From assembly GCA_037447605.1 (NCBI GenBank), contig CM074823.1, forward strand, positions 1,364,001-1,428,000: DNA of 64,000 nt, given 5' to 3'. A program made the translations under genes and the position numbers. The notes beneath the pieces are model-generated. The model was not told the DNA's origin and did no database searches. It worked only from the letters and a program-made list of their open reading frames with translations. Shown piece after piece: positions 21,967-34,117 of the stretch (its first letter is position 1; each line of letters opens with the position of its first letter). This DNA is from Zygnema circumcarinatum SAG 698-1b (taxonomy: Eukaryota; Plantae; Zygnematophyceae).

Positions 21967-23603
21967 CAACGGGGAGAGGCGGGGCGGGGCAGAGCAGGGC
22001 AGGCGGGGGGAGGAGAGGAGAGGGGGAGAGAAGAGGCGTGGGAAGACAGAGGAGGTGAGGCGCGGGAGGGAGAGGAAGGAGAGGCCGAGCAAGCGAAAGG
22101 GGCAGAGGGAGGGAGGGAGCGACGACGCGAGCAGCAGCGACCGCAGCTCGGGCCGGCTCCGTACTTGACTTGGCTTGACTTGGCCGGCCGTACGTTCCGG
22201 CGCGCGCGGAGCGCGGCGCTGCGCTGCGAGAAGCGGAGGGCGGAGGCGGCGGAGGGAGGAAGAAGGAAGGAAGGGAGGGAAAGGGAGGGGAGAGAAGGGA
22301 GGAGGGAGGAGGGAGGGAGAGAGGACGAAGGCCACGCGGGCCCTTGCACTGGCACGTGGCCGAAGGTACGTGGAGGGAGGGGGAGGGGGAGGGGAGGGGG
22401 AGGGGGAGGGAGAGGGGGAGGGGGANNNNNNNNNNGGAGGGGGAGGGGAGGGGGAGGGGGAGGGAGAGGGGGAGGGGGAAGGGGAGGGGACGGGGAGGAG
22501 GTGGGGGGAGGGGAGGGAGGGAGGGAGGGAGCGAACCGGGAAAGGAAGAAAGAGGGGGTGAAGGTAGAAGGAGCCGTGCCCTTGTTGAGAGAGGGGGAGA
22601 GGGGCAGAGGGATGGCGCTAGACGATGATCTGCAAGAGATAGATATGCGGTGTGCGCATGGAGGGAGAGTGCATAGGTGAGTGTACAGAGAAAGGAGGAG
22701 CGGATGACCTCCAGCAGTTAGGTGGAGAGGCTGAGTACGAGGAGCAGGATGCCGTTTAGGGGATGAGAGGGAGGGGAGGGCAGTGAAACGAAAGGACGAG
22801 GTGACGAATCGTTTTTGGAGGATGGAGATGGTCTAGTGAATAGTGTGTACGACTGGGACGATGCAGGGAGAGAGAAGAGAGTAGGGAATTGCAGAGGGAA
22901 ACAGTTGGTAAAGGGTCTAGCGGGAGGATTAATGGGTGGAGTGTAGGGGAAGATTGAATCGACCAGAGGAAGAGGGAGAAGGAGAGAAAGAGACAAGAGA
23001 GAGAGTGAGGAGATAGTGAAAGGGACGGCTGAGGGGAGAGGGGAGAGGGAGAGGGAGAGGGAGAGGGGGACGGGGGAGGAGGGAGAAGGGAGAGGTGAGG
23101 GAAAGGGGTAGGGGGAGGGGGAGTGACTGAGAGAGAGCAGCATGGAGGAGCTGGGAAAGAGGGAGTAGCGGAGAGAGAGAGAGTTTGACAAGGGAGGAGT
23201 GGAAACAGAGTTTGCGGGTAGGCAAAGACATCAGCCTGAAATGACAACTTCATTATTTCGAGTTGAAGGGTTAAGTGCTACTGCACTAATCAGGCGCAAA
23301 TGTCGAAACAAATTATGGACAGAAGCGTTGATGATACGATTTTTATTGGTGGTCCTTCTCGCTGACCTTTCCTCGGCCTTTTCCAGGAGGTTTCAAGTTG
23401 CGTGTCGTACATTCAAATGTCACATGTAATGCGTGGTAACACCATGCATGATGTATGTCGTCTGTGCATGGCATGGCAGGTCATCGCACCATTAGCATGT
23501 GGATAACGTAAACCCGAGAAACCGTGTAAGCCATCATCTGTCGCGGTCCAAATCCACAGCCTTTCTCTGCCTTCAGTTGCGTTCCTCCGCTCAGTAGTGT
23601 GAG

Positions 23604-26146
23604 ATGGCCACGCGGCCGGAGCAAATAGCGCCTCCAGAAATATTTTACAATGATAGTGAAGCGCGGAAATACACGACTTCTTCTCGGATGATAGAGATTC
23701 AGGTGCGAGCTCTTCTTCCAAAATAGGAACGAAATTTTGAGCTACTTTTGCACTTTATGTTGACAATTCTTACGTAACCGGAGCAAAACAGTTGACCCAA
23801 CCCCCCCATACAAATTTTGTTCCCATTGTTGGAGAAATTCTATAAGGATTTATGTGTCCATGTTGTTCAAATATGGTATTATTAGGTATTCAGGCAAGTG
23901 CTGCGTGGGAGATTGTCCATTTAATACACCGAGACTTCAAACCTTCAGCGGACTCAAAACTACGAGCTTGAGTGGCTGATGGAGATTTTGGAGTTTTCCT
24001 CATTCTTGTTGTTGCTCATGTTGCACCTGAACCCTTTCCCTTTCTCTTTCCCATCTCTGTCTCTCTCTCTCGTTTGTCTGTCTTTCTTCCCGTCCCTCTT
24101 GTCTCCCCCTTGTTTCTCTCTTCTTGTCTCGTTCTCCTTAAACTCTCCTTTGCTCACTCTCCCTCTGCAGGCGAAGCTGACAGAGAGGGCGGTCGAACTT
24201 CTAAATCTTCCCAACGATGGGCCACGTCTTCTCCTAGATATTGGTGTGTCCGTACAACCCACGCTTTGCCCTATCCACTGTCGCATTTCATTCTGCTTTT
24301 CGAGACGGAATGTCGATCGCCCTCGCGACGTCTATTTGATCAAGTGTGCATACTGCTGTATTGTAAATAGTCGTAGATAACTAGGTAAACACCCTGAAAT
24401 GCCTTTGTTTATCGTTGAATAGCCTGAGTTTCGCACTCATTATGTCTTCTATTGAAGTGGGTTGGAATTCCGAAACCCATTTGACCTTAAAAACTGTGTA
24501 TCCTCCTTAACGACAGTGCCCCTTTTGGGTTTGTATGGCGTTCAGGTTGCGGATCGGGTCTTAGCGGTGAGGCTTTGTCTGAAGCCGGACACATGTGGAT
24601 CGGAATGGATATTTCGCAAGCTATGCTGGGTGAGGGTCGTCACGTGGCGATGTGCACATTTTTGTCCTTTGTGTTACTTGCGTTTTTTCTCAAGCTGAGT
24701 CCTGATAGGGTCTTGGCCATATCCTCAGAACCCATCGAATCAATACCTACTAAGGAAGGGCGTTCGTCATTGTCCTTTGCATGCTTCTGTTAATGCAATT
24801 GCCTTGTCAGTGTTCATAGACAGTTGGTGTTGCTTTATGTTCCCAATTTCTTGGCTTTCCTTTACTGTTGAATGAAATTATTGTCGTGATAGATTTGAGG
24901 GAGAGGGCTCAGATGTGGCGCAGGAACGGGAGGTGGAGGGTGAGCTGCTGTTGGGGGACATTGGACAGGTTGGACCGCACTTCCTGTTGGCAGAAACTGA
25001 ATGCTCTGTTGTTAGCTATTCTGAAACTCATGAGCCGCCATATCTGAATCGACTGAGATTGATCAGCCGTACGAGCTGATTACGTTGCATAATTGAAGAT
25101 TGTAGAGTAGTCAAAGTTTTGAAGTTTGAAGGGTTCAGGGACCTTTCCTAAAACCCTAAAAAGAGGTTTCTCGCACTGGGAGGGGTGTAGGGCGTGGCCA
25201 TGCGCTCGGCAGTGTTTGACGGCGCCATCAGCATTTCCGCAGTGCAGGTGAAGGGCAATAGGATCACATGCACGTGCTTCTACTGTTCGGGGTCTCAATC
25301 TTGTAGGGTTTAGGTTCAGGCTCAATTGCTATGGAGGGGAGGGTTTCTACAGCTTTCAACTATCTGATTTGAACTGCTCCAACTTCTCTTCTCCATATTG
25401 AGATGTATCTGGTAACTGAGACGGAAAAAGTCTAAATCTTAAACTTATACATCCAACAAGGTGAATATCGGATACAAGGCGGTAGGCCGGTGGTAATTGT
25501 GTAGGGGGTTTTAGACTACAGATTTGAAAGCTGTAGTTTCGTAGTACAAGCGTTTTCCGAATGGTTCGCTTTCTCGGGCTCTCTTTTGCCTCTCCCCCTG
25601 CTCACTCCTTTGTTTCTGCCTGCGAGTGTGAGTGATGCTGCAGTGGCTGTGCAATGCGGACAAGACGCAGAATGACCCGAGAACGCGTCTAAGGTCGGAA
25701 CCCTCCCTCTCCGCCTTCATGCATTCCCTTTCATTCTCAACCACTGGACTTGGAGACTCGAAGGAGTCCTTCAGACCCCGCGAGGAAATGATCGTAGTCA
25801 TTGAACACTCAGTTTTCGTCAGCAAGTAGAAATGTGTAGAACAGCGTGCTCGGAAAACTTGCCTACATTGTGATTGCCCTGAACCCTCACAAGCACAAAG
25901 CCCTACCTAGCTTGTAAACTAAAAGCCATAAGAAACAACTAGGGCTTTAGCCCATCGCCTAAAAACCCTAAAATCCGCGGTGCTTTTCTGCAGGAAGTTT
26001 TTCCAGTCGCTGTACGGATGCCTCGCCCGCGGCGCGCGGGCGGCGCTGCAGATCTACCCGGAGGGGCCAAAGCAGCTCGAGATGATCTCCGCGGCGGCCA
26101 TGCGGGCGGGCTTCTCGGGGGGGCTCGTGGTGGACTACCCGCACAG
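23604..26146 (+). CDS. BUD23: 18S rRNA (guanine-N7) methyltransferase BUD23/WBSCR22/RID2, 5' part (exons 1-7)
   Basis: Exons 23604-23702, 24171-24243, 24546-24629, 24913-24968, 25191-25247, 25644-25693, 25994-26146. [74 protein letters not shown]. Ends 16 bp before the 100-N gap. Confidence 0.95.
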
Positions 26147-26162
26147 GCATGTGCGCGAACCC

Positions 26163-26262
26163 NNNNNNNNNNNNNNNNNNNNNNNNNNNNNNNNNNNNNN
26201 NNNNNNNNNNNNNNNNNNNNNNNNNNNNNNNNNNNNNNNNNNNNNNNNNNNNNNNNNNNNNN
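26163..26262. other. 100-N scaffold gap (left edge of the probably inverted contig)
   Basis: Run of N. Confidence 0.99.
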
Positions 26263-26920
26263 ACCAAGACCACCTCCACCCTCACCACCACCATCACCAC
26301 CTAGTCCTCCGCCGCCATCACCACCACCAACTCCCCCTCCATCTCCAGCACCACCACCCTCAACACCTCCTCCCTCGCCACCGCCAAGTCCACCACCGCC
26401 AACTCCTCCCTCGCCACCCCCACCACCCCCAACTCCTCCCTCGCCACCACCACCAGCCCCAACTCCTCCTCCCTCGCCACCACCACCAACTCCAACTCCT
26501 CCCTCACCACCGCCATCACTACCAAGTCCTCCTCCTTCGCCACTACCACCACCGCCAAGTCCCCCTCCGCCGCCACCGAAGAGATCCCGTCCACCACCGC
26601 GGAGGTCCCCTTCATCACTACCGCCAAGTCCTCCCCCACTAGCACCAACAAAACGTCCAAATCCTCCACCACGTAAGATATTTGCTTAGATATGCCGCTC
26701 CAGATTCCTTTTTTAATCTGCATTCACAATGTATCAATAGGTGAACATATATCACGTAGTGAACCCTATCCGCAGGTACCACAACCAGGATTTCAGCTTT
26801 TGAATACTTGGATGCTGAATTCGCGGACAGTTTATACGGGGCCCCATTACACATAAGAGATGTTCGACCCATCACATACCAGAACTCAGGTTATCATAAT
26901 GTTTCAGAATGCTTATGTTG
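26263..26920 (+). CDS. Extensin-like Ser-Pro(3-4) hydroxyproline-rich protein, partial (5' end lost in gap)
   Basis: 26263-26672 encodes [14 protein letters not shown] repeats with varied codons, so it is not a microsatellite. GTAAG donor at 26673; next phase-compatible exon 26776-26920 (TTTRISAFEYLDAEFADSLYGAP...SECLC). Later exons unresolved. Confidence 0.6.
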
Positions 26921-27669
26921 GTAAGCCAGTGAACGTAGTCGTATTTAACATTGTAACTTAACCACGATGTGTTTAAACTACACACGTTAGTACCTTTGGT
27001 GTGATGGTACGAATTGTTCAAGCACCATCTCAAGGAATGTAATCATATATTTCTTCAACTTTAACTTTATGTTTCTCTTTGTTAGACTTCTAAACTTTTC
27101 CTTCACCATTTTCTTAATCATTTCCTTCTCTGTTGGGTGGTCAACCTGGTTCTGCATTGACTTGACCATTTTTGGAACGGTGGTGTGCAGCAAGTTAGGC
27201 TCTTCGCGAGCTTGTGTTGGCGCAGTTCAAGATGTGGCGCAGCAGGAATGATGCTCCAACTTTCATATGTACAAGTGTGGGTGGGCGAGGCGTGCCATGC
27301 TTCTTTCATGGAACGGAACTGCGGATATTTCCATGTTGAACCTTTCACGCGGAACAAAGCGAATGTATTCAAGAAAAATTGTCGCGGCCTCTATGGAGAG
27401 TAGGGTTTTAAGGTTTTTGTGGTTTTCAGAGTACTTGTGGGTGGTTTTTGATAAACTTGTTGTTTGGGGTGCATAGAACACTGCGAGTATGAGGTACTTC
27501 CAGTGGTCATAACTGATTTGGGATCAAGACGAACGGGTGGTGTGTCAGTCTTTTGTTGTGTTTTTTGAATTTTCTAAGTACTTCAGACTTCGCTATACTA
27601 CCTATTGTGTGAGAAAGGATGTACTGATTTCAGATATGTGGAACTTTTCTTAGTCAGAACCCTACTTAA

Positions 27670-28830
27670 GTGAATGCCGGCCAATGGTTCCCAACCATTG
27701 GAATGGTTGCAACCGTTGGCAATGGTTGGCTTGTCTGCCAACAGATGGTTGCAGCTACTGGCAGTAGTTGGCGACCATTGGATCCAAATGGTCTGGACCA
27801 TTGTAACGGTTGGCTAGGCTTTACCCAAATGGTTGGTTCCAACCATTGGAAGTCGCCGACCTTACGATTTTTTCAAAAGGTCATATTAAGCGGCACATCG
27901 GATAATCCCTATTTCCATGTAACGGAGGTGAAACTATAACCAATCAGGAGCCACCGACCACCCGAAGTTAGAGCATCCGTGACCGTCAACAAGGCGGCTA
28001 TTATATTTTGTCGTTTTCGTGTATCCCTGAAATATCGCCATATCGCTACCATATCGTCTGTGACCGACAGAACTTGCCGGTGCCGGCCGGCCGCTGCTGA
28101 CGCCATTCACGAATTCACTACTTCACTAGGTCATTTTCCGTCGGCCGGCCGCCGGCGGAACTGCCGGCTGCCGTACACAATCGACTTTGGCAGCGTTGAC
28201 AAATGACAAGTCTTTTCGGTCACAGCCGATACGATATGGAGACGATATGGAGATATGCTTGAAAATCGGCAAGCGCCTGGTCCCGGACTCACAAATCCAG
28301 CTGTACGGATCAAGGAATGGCTCCTATTGGCTGGAACAATTCTTCACAGGTCGGACCATTGCATCGGCAACCATTGGACAATCATTGCATGGCAATGGTC
28401 GGACGATCCAATGGTTGGCAACCATGACGCAACAACTGATGAATCCAATGGTTGGCAACCATTGCAATGTTTGGAACCATTTACATAGAAAACGCAAAGT
28501 TTTCTCCGCCGATAGCCGGATTCGAACTCACGACTCATTATGTGTGGAAGGACGACCAGCCTTTATATCGCAAAGTCACGAATTTTTTGGGAATAAAAAA
28601 CAAACTGAAAGAACAAAACTCTCGAATTCAATGGTTCGAACCATTGGCAATGGCTGTTTCGGTCTGACGGCAATGCTTCACAACCATTGCAATGGTTGAC
28701 AACCATTGGATCTAATGTTTCGAAACCATTGGCAATGGTTGGCTTGTTCGCAATCCAAAGGTTCACAACCATTGGAAATGGTTGGCTTGCCCACGATCCA
28801 GTGGTTCACAACCATTGCAATGGTTGATGC
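27670..28830. mobile_element. Composite repeat: AACCATTG/CAATGGTT arrays flanking a ~400-bp core shared with 8354-8770
   Basis: More than 25 motif copies in both orientations at 27670-27860 and 28340-28830. No transposase ORF. Confidence 0.55.
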
Positions 28831-30533
28831 AATGGTCCGGCCTGTTCAATTGTAATGACACCTCCGCTGTGGAAATAGTGTTCTGCGTTGTGCTTATAAA
28901 TGTGTGACCAAAAAATAAACGAATGAATGGCGTGCCTTGATTGGCTGAACCCGATTTGTTTTCAGCTGAATACATGTGCCACTCCGGCGCACCACGTAGG
29001 ATAGTCGGCTTACGTGGCAAGCATTGACTGGCTGCAGTTCCCTCAAAGTTCCATTGAACGGGCCCTAGTCCGTTTCGGCCTGTTGACATAGTCGGAATTA
29101 CCCTTTCTCTGCATTTTGTGTTTGTCGTTGACCATGCACATGATGACAGCTCTGGTACTTTCACATCGAGTTGGTTCTGCCCACGTTACGGTTCGGCGCA
29201 CTCCCCAAGAGTCCTTGCCTTTGGGTACGGGCACAGGGGGATGCGCCCAGGCATGTGTCCCTACCAGGGACCTCCCAGAATTCCCAGCGCACGCATGCAC
29301 ATGCATGCATGCATATGCATGTCCACCACCATGTGATGAAGACCCATGCCATACATCAGCCATGCAGGTGCAAGGCCCGCCGGCGTCACAGCGGTCACAT
29401 GCGATTGTCTTGTTTCACTGCGAACAGTTTCAACATAGAACCGTCACATATTATGGACGTCCCAATCTCCCTCTCCTTTCTTTCCTCTCTCCCTCCTCTC
29501 CCTCTCCCTTTTCTTTCCCTCTGCTCTTGCTTCTACTCTCTTTCCGCCTCTCTTATCTCTTTCAACTCCTTCCCCGCTCTCTCCTCTCTCCCTCCCCTTC
29601 TCCTCTCCACTCTCTCTCCCTTCCTCACTCTTTCCCCTATGCTCTCACTCCCCATTTCTTTCCCCCTCTCTCTTCCTCTTCCGCTCCCTCTCCCACTCCC
29701 TCCCTCTGCTCTTTAGGCTCTCTCTCTCCGTCTCTTCTTAATCCCCTCTCCCTCTTCTCTGTACTCTCTAACACTCCCCCCCTCGCCTCTCTCACCGCTC
29801 TTCCCACTCTTTCGCGTTCCCCTACCTCCAATCTCTCTCCCTCTCTCTCGGTCTCTCCTCTCCGCTCTCTACTTATTTTCTTTTTCTCCTACCTCTCCAC
29901 CATTCCCTATCATTTTTTTTCCCCCATACTCTTCCTCCCGTCACTCTTGTCTCTTTCCCAATCCTCTCCCACCCCACTCTCTCTCCCGTCTCACTCTCTT
30001 CCACGCTCTCCTCTCCGTTCCCCTCACTTCACTGTCCACTTTCTCTTTCTCCTTGCTCTCTCCCTCACTCTTCGCTGTCAGCTCTCTCAATCTCCCCCTT
30101 CCTCTCCCGCTCCTCTCTCTCCCCTCTCACTCCCCGTCATTCTTGTCCTCTCTCTGTCTTTTCCCACTCACTCTTCGTCTTTCTCTTTATCTTTGCCCAC
30201 TCACTCTTCCTCTCTCTCTCACCCTCTCTCCCTCTTCTCTTCTCATTCTCCTCTCTCTCTATCCCTCGGTTCTCGATTCTTTGCTCCACACACTCTCTCC
30301 CTCTCTCTTTCTCCTTTTTCTTCTTACTCTCTCCCGCTTACGCTCTCTCCTCAATGCTACCTCTCAATCTCCCCTTTCACTCTCTTCTCTCCCCCCCCTA
30401 CGCTTTCTGCCTCCTCCGCCATCTCTCTCTCTCTCTCTCCCACTCTCTCTTCTGTCACTACATCTCGCTCTCTTCTCCGCTCTATTTTTCTCTCTATATC
30501 CCTTTTCTATCACTCTTCCCTCTCCGCCATTCC

Positions 30534-30575
<42 letters not shown>

Positions 30576-31339
30576 TGTCTACAAGAGAACCTGCTGAGAT
30601 GTGCGGATGCAAAGTCGGCAAGCGGAAGGTGCAGCATTATTTTCATGGAGGTGAGATTACAGCCAAAGCTGGAATCTCTGGGCCTCAAATCTCAAAGCTC
30701 GAAAAATAATAATAGTAATTTTCATACTAATGAAATTATGTTGGAGGAGTGGGTTGTGCTTTCATGGAGCGTGGTTCATTGATGAGAAGGCTTGAGATTG
30801 ATCTAAGTTCTCTGCTTGCATACGCTTATCTAACTTGTCCTGTGGGATCTGAATGCTGTAGAGTGAGACGGGAGAGAGAGTGGGCTGGGAGAGGATTGGG
30901 GTCGAGACAAGAATGACGGGAGGAAGAGGAGAGGGGGAGACGGGGGAGAGGAATAGAGGGAGAGAGAGAGAGAGAGGAGAGAGAGAGCGATAGGGAATGG
31001 TGGATAGAGAAGTGTGATAGAAAAGGGATAGAGAGAGAGAACTAGAGCGGAGAAGAGAGAGCGCGATGTAGAGACAGAGGAGAGAGTGGGGAGAGGGAGG
31101 TGGAGACAGAGGGGGAGATTGAGAGAGCAGACAGCGAAGAGTGAGGGAGAGAGTAAGTAGAAAGTGAAAGAGGAAAGTGAAGAGGGGGTATGATGTTGTT
31201 GGTAATGTGGATTGTGGAACAAGTATTCCTTTGTTGTGACTCGAGAATTGAGTCTTTCCTAATACAACAAAAGATAGAAAAGAGAGACTGATCTGAAGAG
31301 TTGAAGATTCAAAGCTCCAAGTGAAAGGAAAAGACATCT

Positions 31340-31410
31340 GAAATCCTAAAAACCCTAAAAACACTAAAAAAACCCAAAAAAACCCAAAAACCCAAAAATC
31401 CTTAAAAACC
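31340..31410. repeat. Degenerate telomere-like (AAA(A)CCCT) tract
   Basis: aaatcctaaaaaccctaaaaacactaaaaaaacccaaaa. Similar tracts at 1322-1375, 8190-8345 and 32085-32200. Confidence 0.65.
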
Positions 31411-31890
31411 CATATGGTCGAGGCTTCTTTTGATGGTTAACCATATGGTCAGATGGTTAACCATATGGTTGAAGCTAATTCTGATGGTTAACGATATGGT
31501 CGAGGTTTTTTCTGATGGTTAACTGTATGGTTTTGGCTTTTCTGATGGCTAACCATATGGTCGAGGTTTTTTCTGATGGTTAACCATATGGTCGAGGCTT
31601 TTTCTGATGGTTAACTGTATGGTTTTGACTTTTCTGATGGCTAACCATATGGTCGAGGTTTTTTCTGATGGTTAACCATATGGTCGAGGCTTTTTCTGAT
31701 GGTTAACCATATGGTCGAGGGTTTTTTATGGTTAATTATATGGTCAGATGGTTAACCATATTGCCGAGGCTTTTTCCGATTGTTAACCATATGGTCGCGG
31801 CTTTTCAATGATTGTTAACCATATGGTCAGGTGGTTAACCATATGGTCGAGGTTTTTAGGGATGGTTAACCATATGGTCGAGGCTTTTTC
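31408..31890. repeat. Minisatellite, ~31-bp unit TTAACCATATGGTCGAGGCTTTTTCTGATGG, about 16 copies
   Basis: Direct inspection. Each unit contains the palindrome ACCATATGGT. Confidence 0.9.
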
Positions 31891-32073
31891 TGCGCCTTGG
31901 CTGGCTTTTGTCAGAACAGCACGCTGGTCCTCCTTACGACCCTAAAAACCCTGAAACCCCTAAAACGCCTAAAAACCCTTAAAACTCATATGGTTAACCA
32001 TCTGGTCGAGGCCTCCTGGCTAACTATTTGCACGAGGCGGTGACTGACTAAAGCCAGCCAAGGCGCAGAAAAA
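31885..32073. mobile_element. 189-bp element bounded by a 30-bp inverted repeat (MITE-like)
   Basis: TTTTTCTGCGCCTTGGCTGGCTTTTGTCAG (31885-31914) versus CTGACTAAAGCCAGCCAAGGCGCAGAAAAA (32044-32073), 1 mismatch. No clear TSD. Confidence 0.6.
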
Positions 32074-32084
32074 GAATTAGGGTT

Positions 32085-32200
32085 AAACCTTAAAAATTCT
32101 AAAAACCCTAAACCTTAAAAGTTCTATAAATCCTAAAACCCTAAAAATCCTAAAAACCCTTAAACCCTAAAAACCCTAAAACCCTAAAAACCTAAAAAAT
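32085..32200. repeat. Interstitial telomere-like tract (AAACCCT/AAAACCCT/AAAAACCCT variants)
   Basis: About 10 degenerate units. Confidence 0.75.
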
Positions 32201-32758
32201 TATGATAAATTCCATAGCACAAAATCACACTTAACCATACAAAGACTCTCTTCCCCCTTCTCCGATTCTCTCTCTCCAATCTGCATCACCATGTTTATGC
32301 TCTATCCACGAATTTGCGATCCGCATTCTTGCATGACCCCCTAAGGGTCCTAAAGCTGTAATTAAAAAGACACGCATGCAACTCGAGCCAAACATGCGAG
32401 AGAAACGGCTGTAGAGAGGATAATAATGCGAGCAGATTAAGAAACACGAATTAGGAGAAACGCTCAATTGCATACAACGTGTGTGCAGAAATTCGTTAAT
32501 CAGAATATTTGACAAGCAATATACAATTAGAACTCAAGAAGCCGCGCTTTACAGCATGACGCAGGGATTTGGCTAAGCTGCACAGGGCATCCTGACATTA
32601 TACAAGGGCCAGTTCCGACCAAGTCCCGCGCCTGCAAGAGAGTCTCTCTGCCTGTCTGTCTGTCCCTCCCTTTCTCGCGCTCTCTCTCTCTGTTTATGTG
32701 TGTCCATGCGTGTGTTCCTATCTCTCGGTCTCTGTAAGAATGAGCGTGTTCCTGTATC

Positions 32759-33178
32759 TCAGTAGAGTGCGTCCTCCTTGTGGGTCTCGAGGATGAGGTC
32801 GGAGGTGGGATAGGCGACGCAGGTGAGCACGAAGCCCTGCGCCATCTGGGTCTCGTCGAGGTAGGACTGCCCCGACTGGTCGACCGTCCCCTTCTCGATG
32901 CGCGCGGCGCAGGAGGAGCAGGCGCCCGCGCGGCAGGAGTAGGGCAGGTCCAGGCCCGCCGCGTCCGCCACGTCGAGGATGTACTCGTCAGAGGGCACGT
33001 CCAGCTCGTGCACGCCCCGAGGCGTCTTCAGGATCACGCGAAAGGCCTTGCCCTTGCTCATCGCCACGCGCGCGCCGTTGGACGCGCCCAGCGGGGCCGC
33101 CGCGCTGCGCCGCACAGCGCCGCGCTGCACGAACGAGGACGGGGCTGACAAAGCCAATTGCGCGCTCGCGGCAGCCAT
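32759..33178 (-). CDS. petF: Plastid [2Fe-2S] ferredoxin with transit peptide, intronless, 139 aa
   Basis: ATG at 33178. [29 protein letters not shown]...[10 protein letters not shown]...[13 protein letters not shown] has all four Fe-S cysteines. Confidence 0.97.
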   Translation of the reverse strand: MAAASAQLALSAPSSFVQRGAVRRSAAAPLGASNGARVAMSKGKAFRVILKTPRGVHELDVPSDEYILDVADAAGLDLPYSCRAGACSSCAARIEKGTVDQSGQSYLDETQMAQGFVLTCVAYPTSDLILETHKEDALY

Positions 33179-33581
33179 GGCGGGGGGCAAGAGTTGGCGG
33201 GGAAAGGGGAAACGGTGGGGGAGAGGGAAGGCCAGGGAGGATAGGCGAGCGGCGGTCCCTTGAGGAAAGCAGAAGGGGAGCGGTCCGGAGGGGTTCGAGG
33301 AGCGATTGCGGCGCACCGCTGTACGGTGCGGCGCTGAGCTGTGCCAGACTGCCAGGGCGGCATTAGGCACACAGGCGGGCGGGCAGGCGGGCAGAGGGGC
33401 GTCCCGTGACTCCCGTTCCGTCCTGTGTCGCCGTGTCGAGACTCGAGTCGCGCGGGCCAATACCGCGATGTTGGCGATATATCGCCTCATCGCCCTCTTC
33501 ATGTGTTGTACCGTACCGTAAGCATCCGGTTCGTGTCCAGTCGAGCCCAGTGCCTCGCCTGCGGAAGGGGAAGCTTCTGAT

Positions 33582-33700
33582 AAGGCTTGTCAGACTTTAA
33601 AAAACGTCCGTAATACTGATCGCGAACTTTTCGCAACTTTTTGAGTCAACGTCCGTAGAAAATGAGCTCCCGAATCGGAAACAAAAAAGGCCCAACGCCG
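33582..33700. mobile_element. Degenerate end of the GTCAGACTT-TIR element family
   Basis: aaggcttgtcagactttaaaaaacgtccgtaatact...gagtcaacgtccgtag aligns with the reverse complement of 40290-40368. Confidence 0.5.
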
Positions 33701-34117
33701 CGCGGCGACCGCCACAGCGGACGCGCCGTGACGTGACGCGCGGCGCTGCGTCGTTGACTTTAGTGTCCTCTTCAGGAAACGAAAGTTCTCTTTGAAGAGT
33801 CGCCTTTCTGGGCTGCATTGCTTCCTGCAGTGGGTTTGCCACTCCAGGTAGCACTCACACTATCGAGTCTCCATCACCGGCACCGACGGGAGATGCTGCA
33901 ATGGACTTGGCAGGATCAACACTTTTTTTTTTGTCCTTTTAAGTCGATTATGAACTTACCGATAACGACGGTTTTACTGCGGAGACCTCCCTTCCTATTC
34001 CTTCATGCAAAAAGGTAGCCTTAGCTTGACTAGTTGTTAATGCTATCGGGGGTCACCAAACAACAACCCTTTAAATACTTTTTGAAGCTTTAAAAATACA
34101 AAAATGGACATCGATCG

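Noticed and set aside
29040-29070. Helitron 3' end (short hairpin plus CTAG|T)
   Set aside because: The stem is only 4 bp and no matching 5' TC end could be assigned.
29100-31340. Scattered exon-like islands among CT/GA tracts
   Set aside because: No consistent frame or recognisable product could be assembled.
31408-31890. CRISPR array (palindromic ~30-bp repeats)
   Set aside because: Units are contiguous with no unique spacers, no cas genes are present, and the context is eukaryotic.
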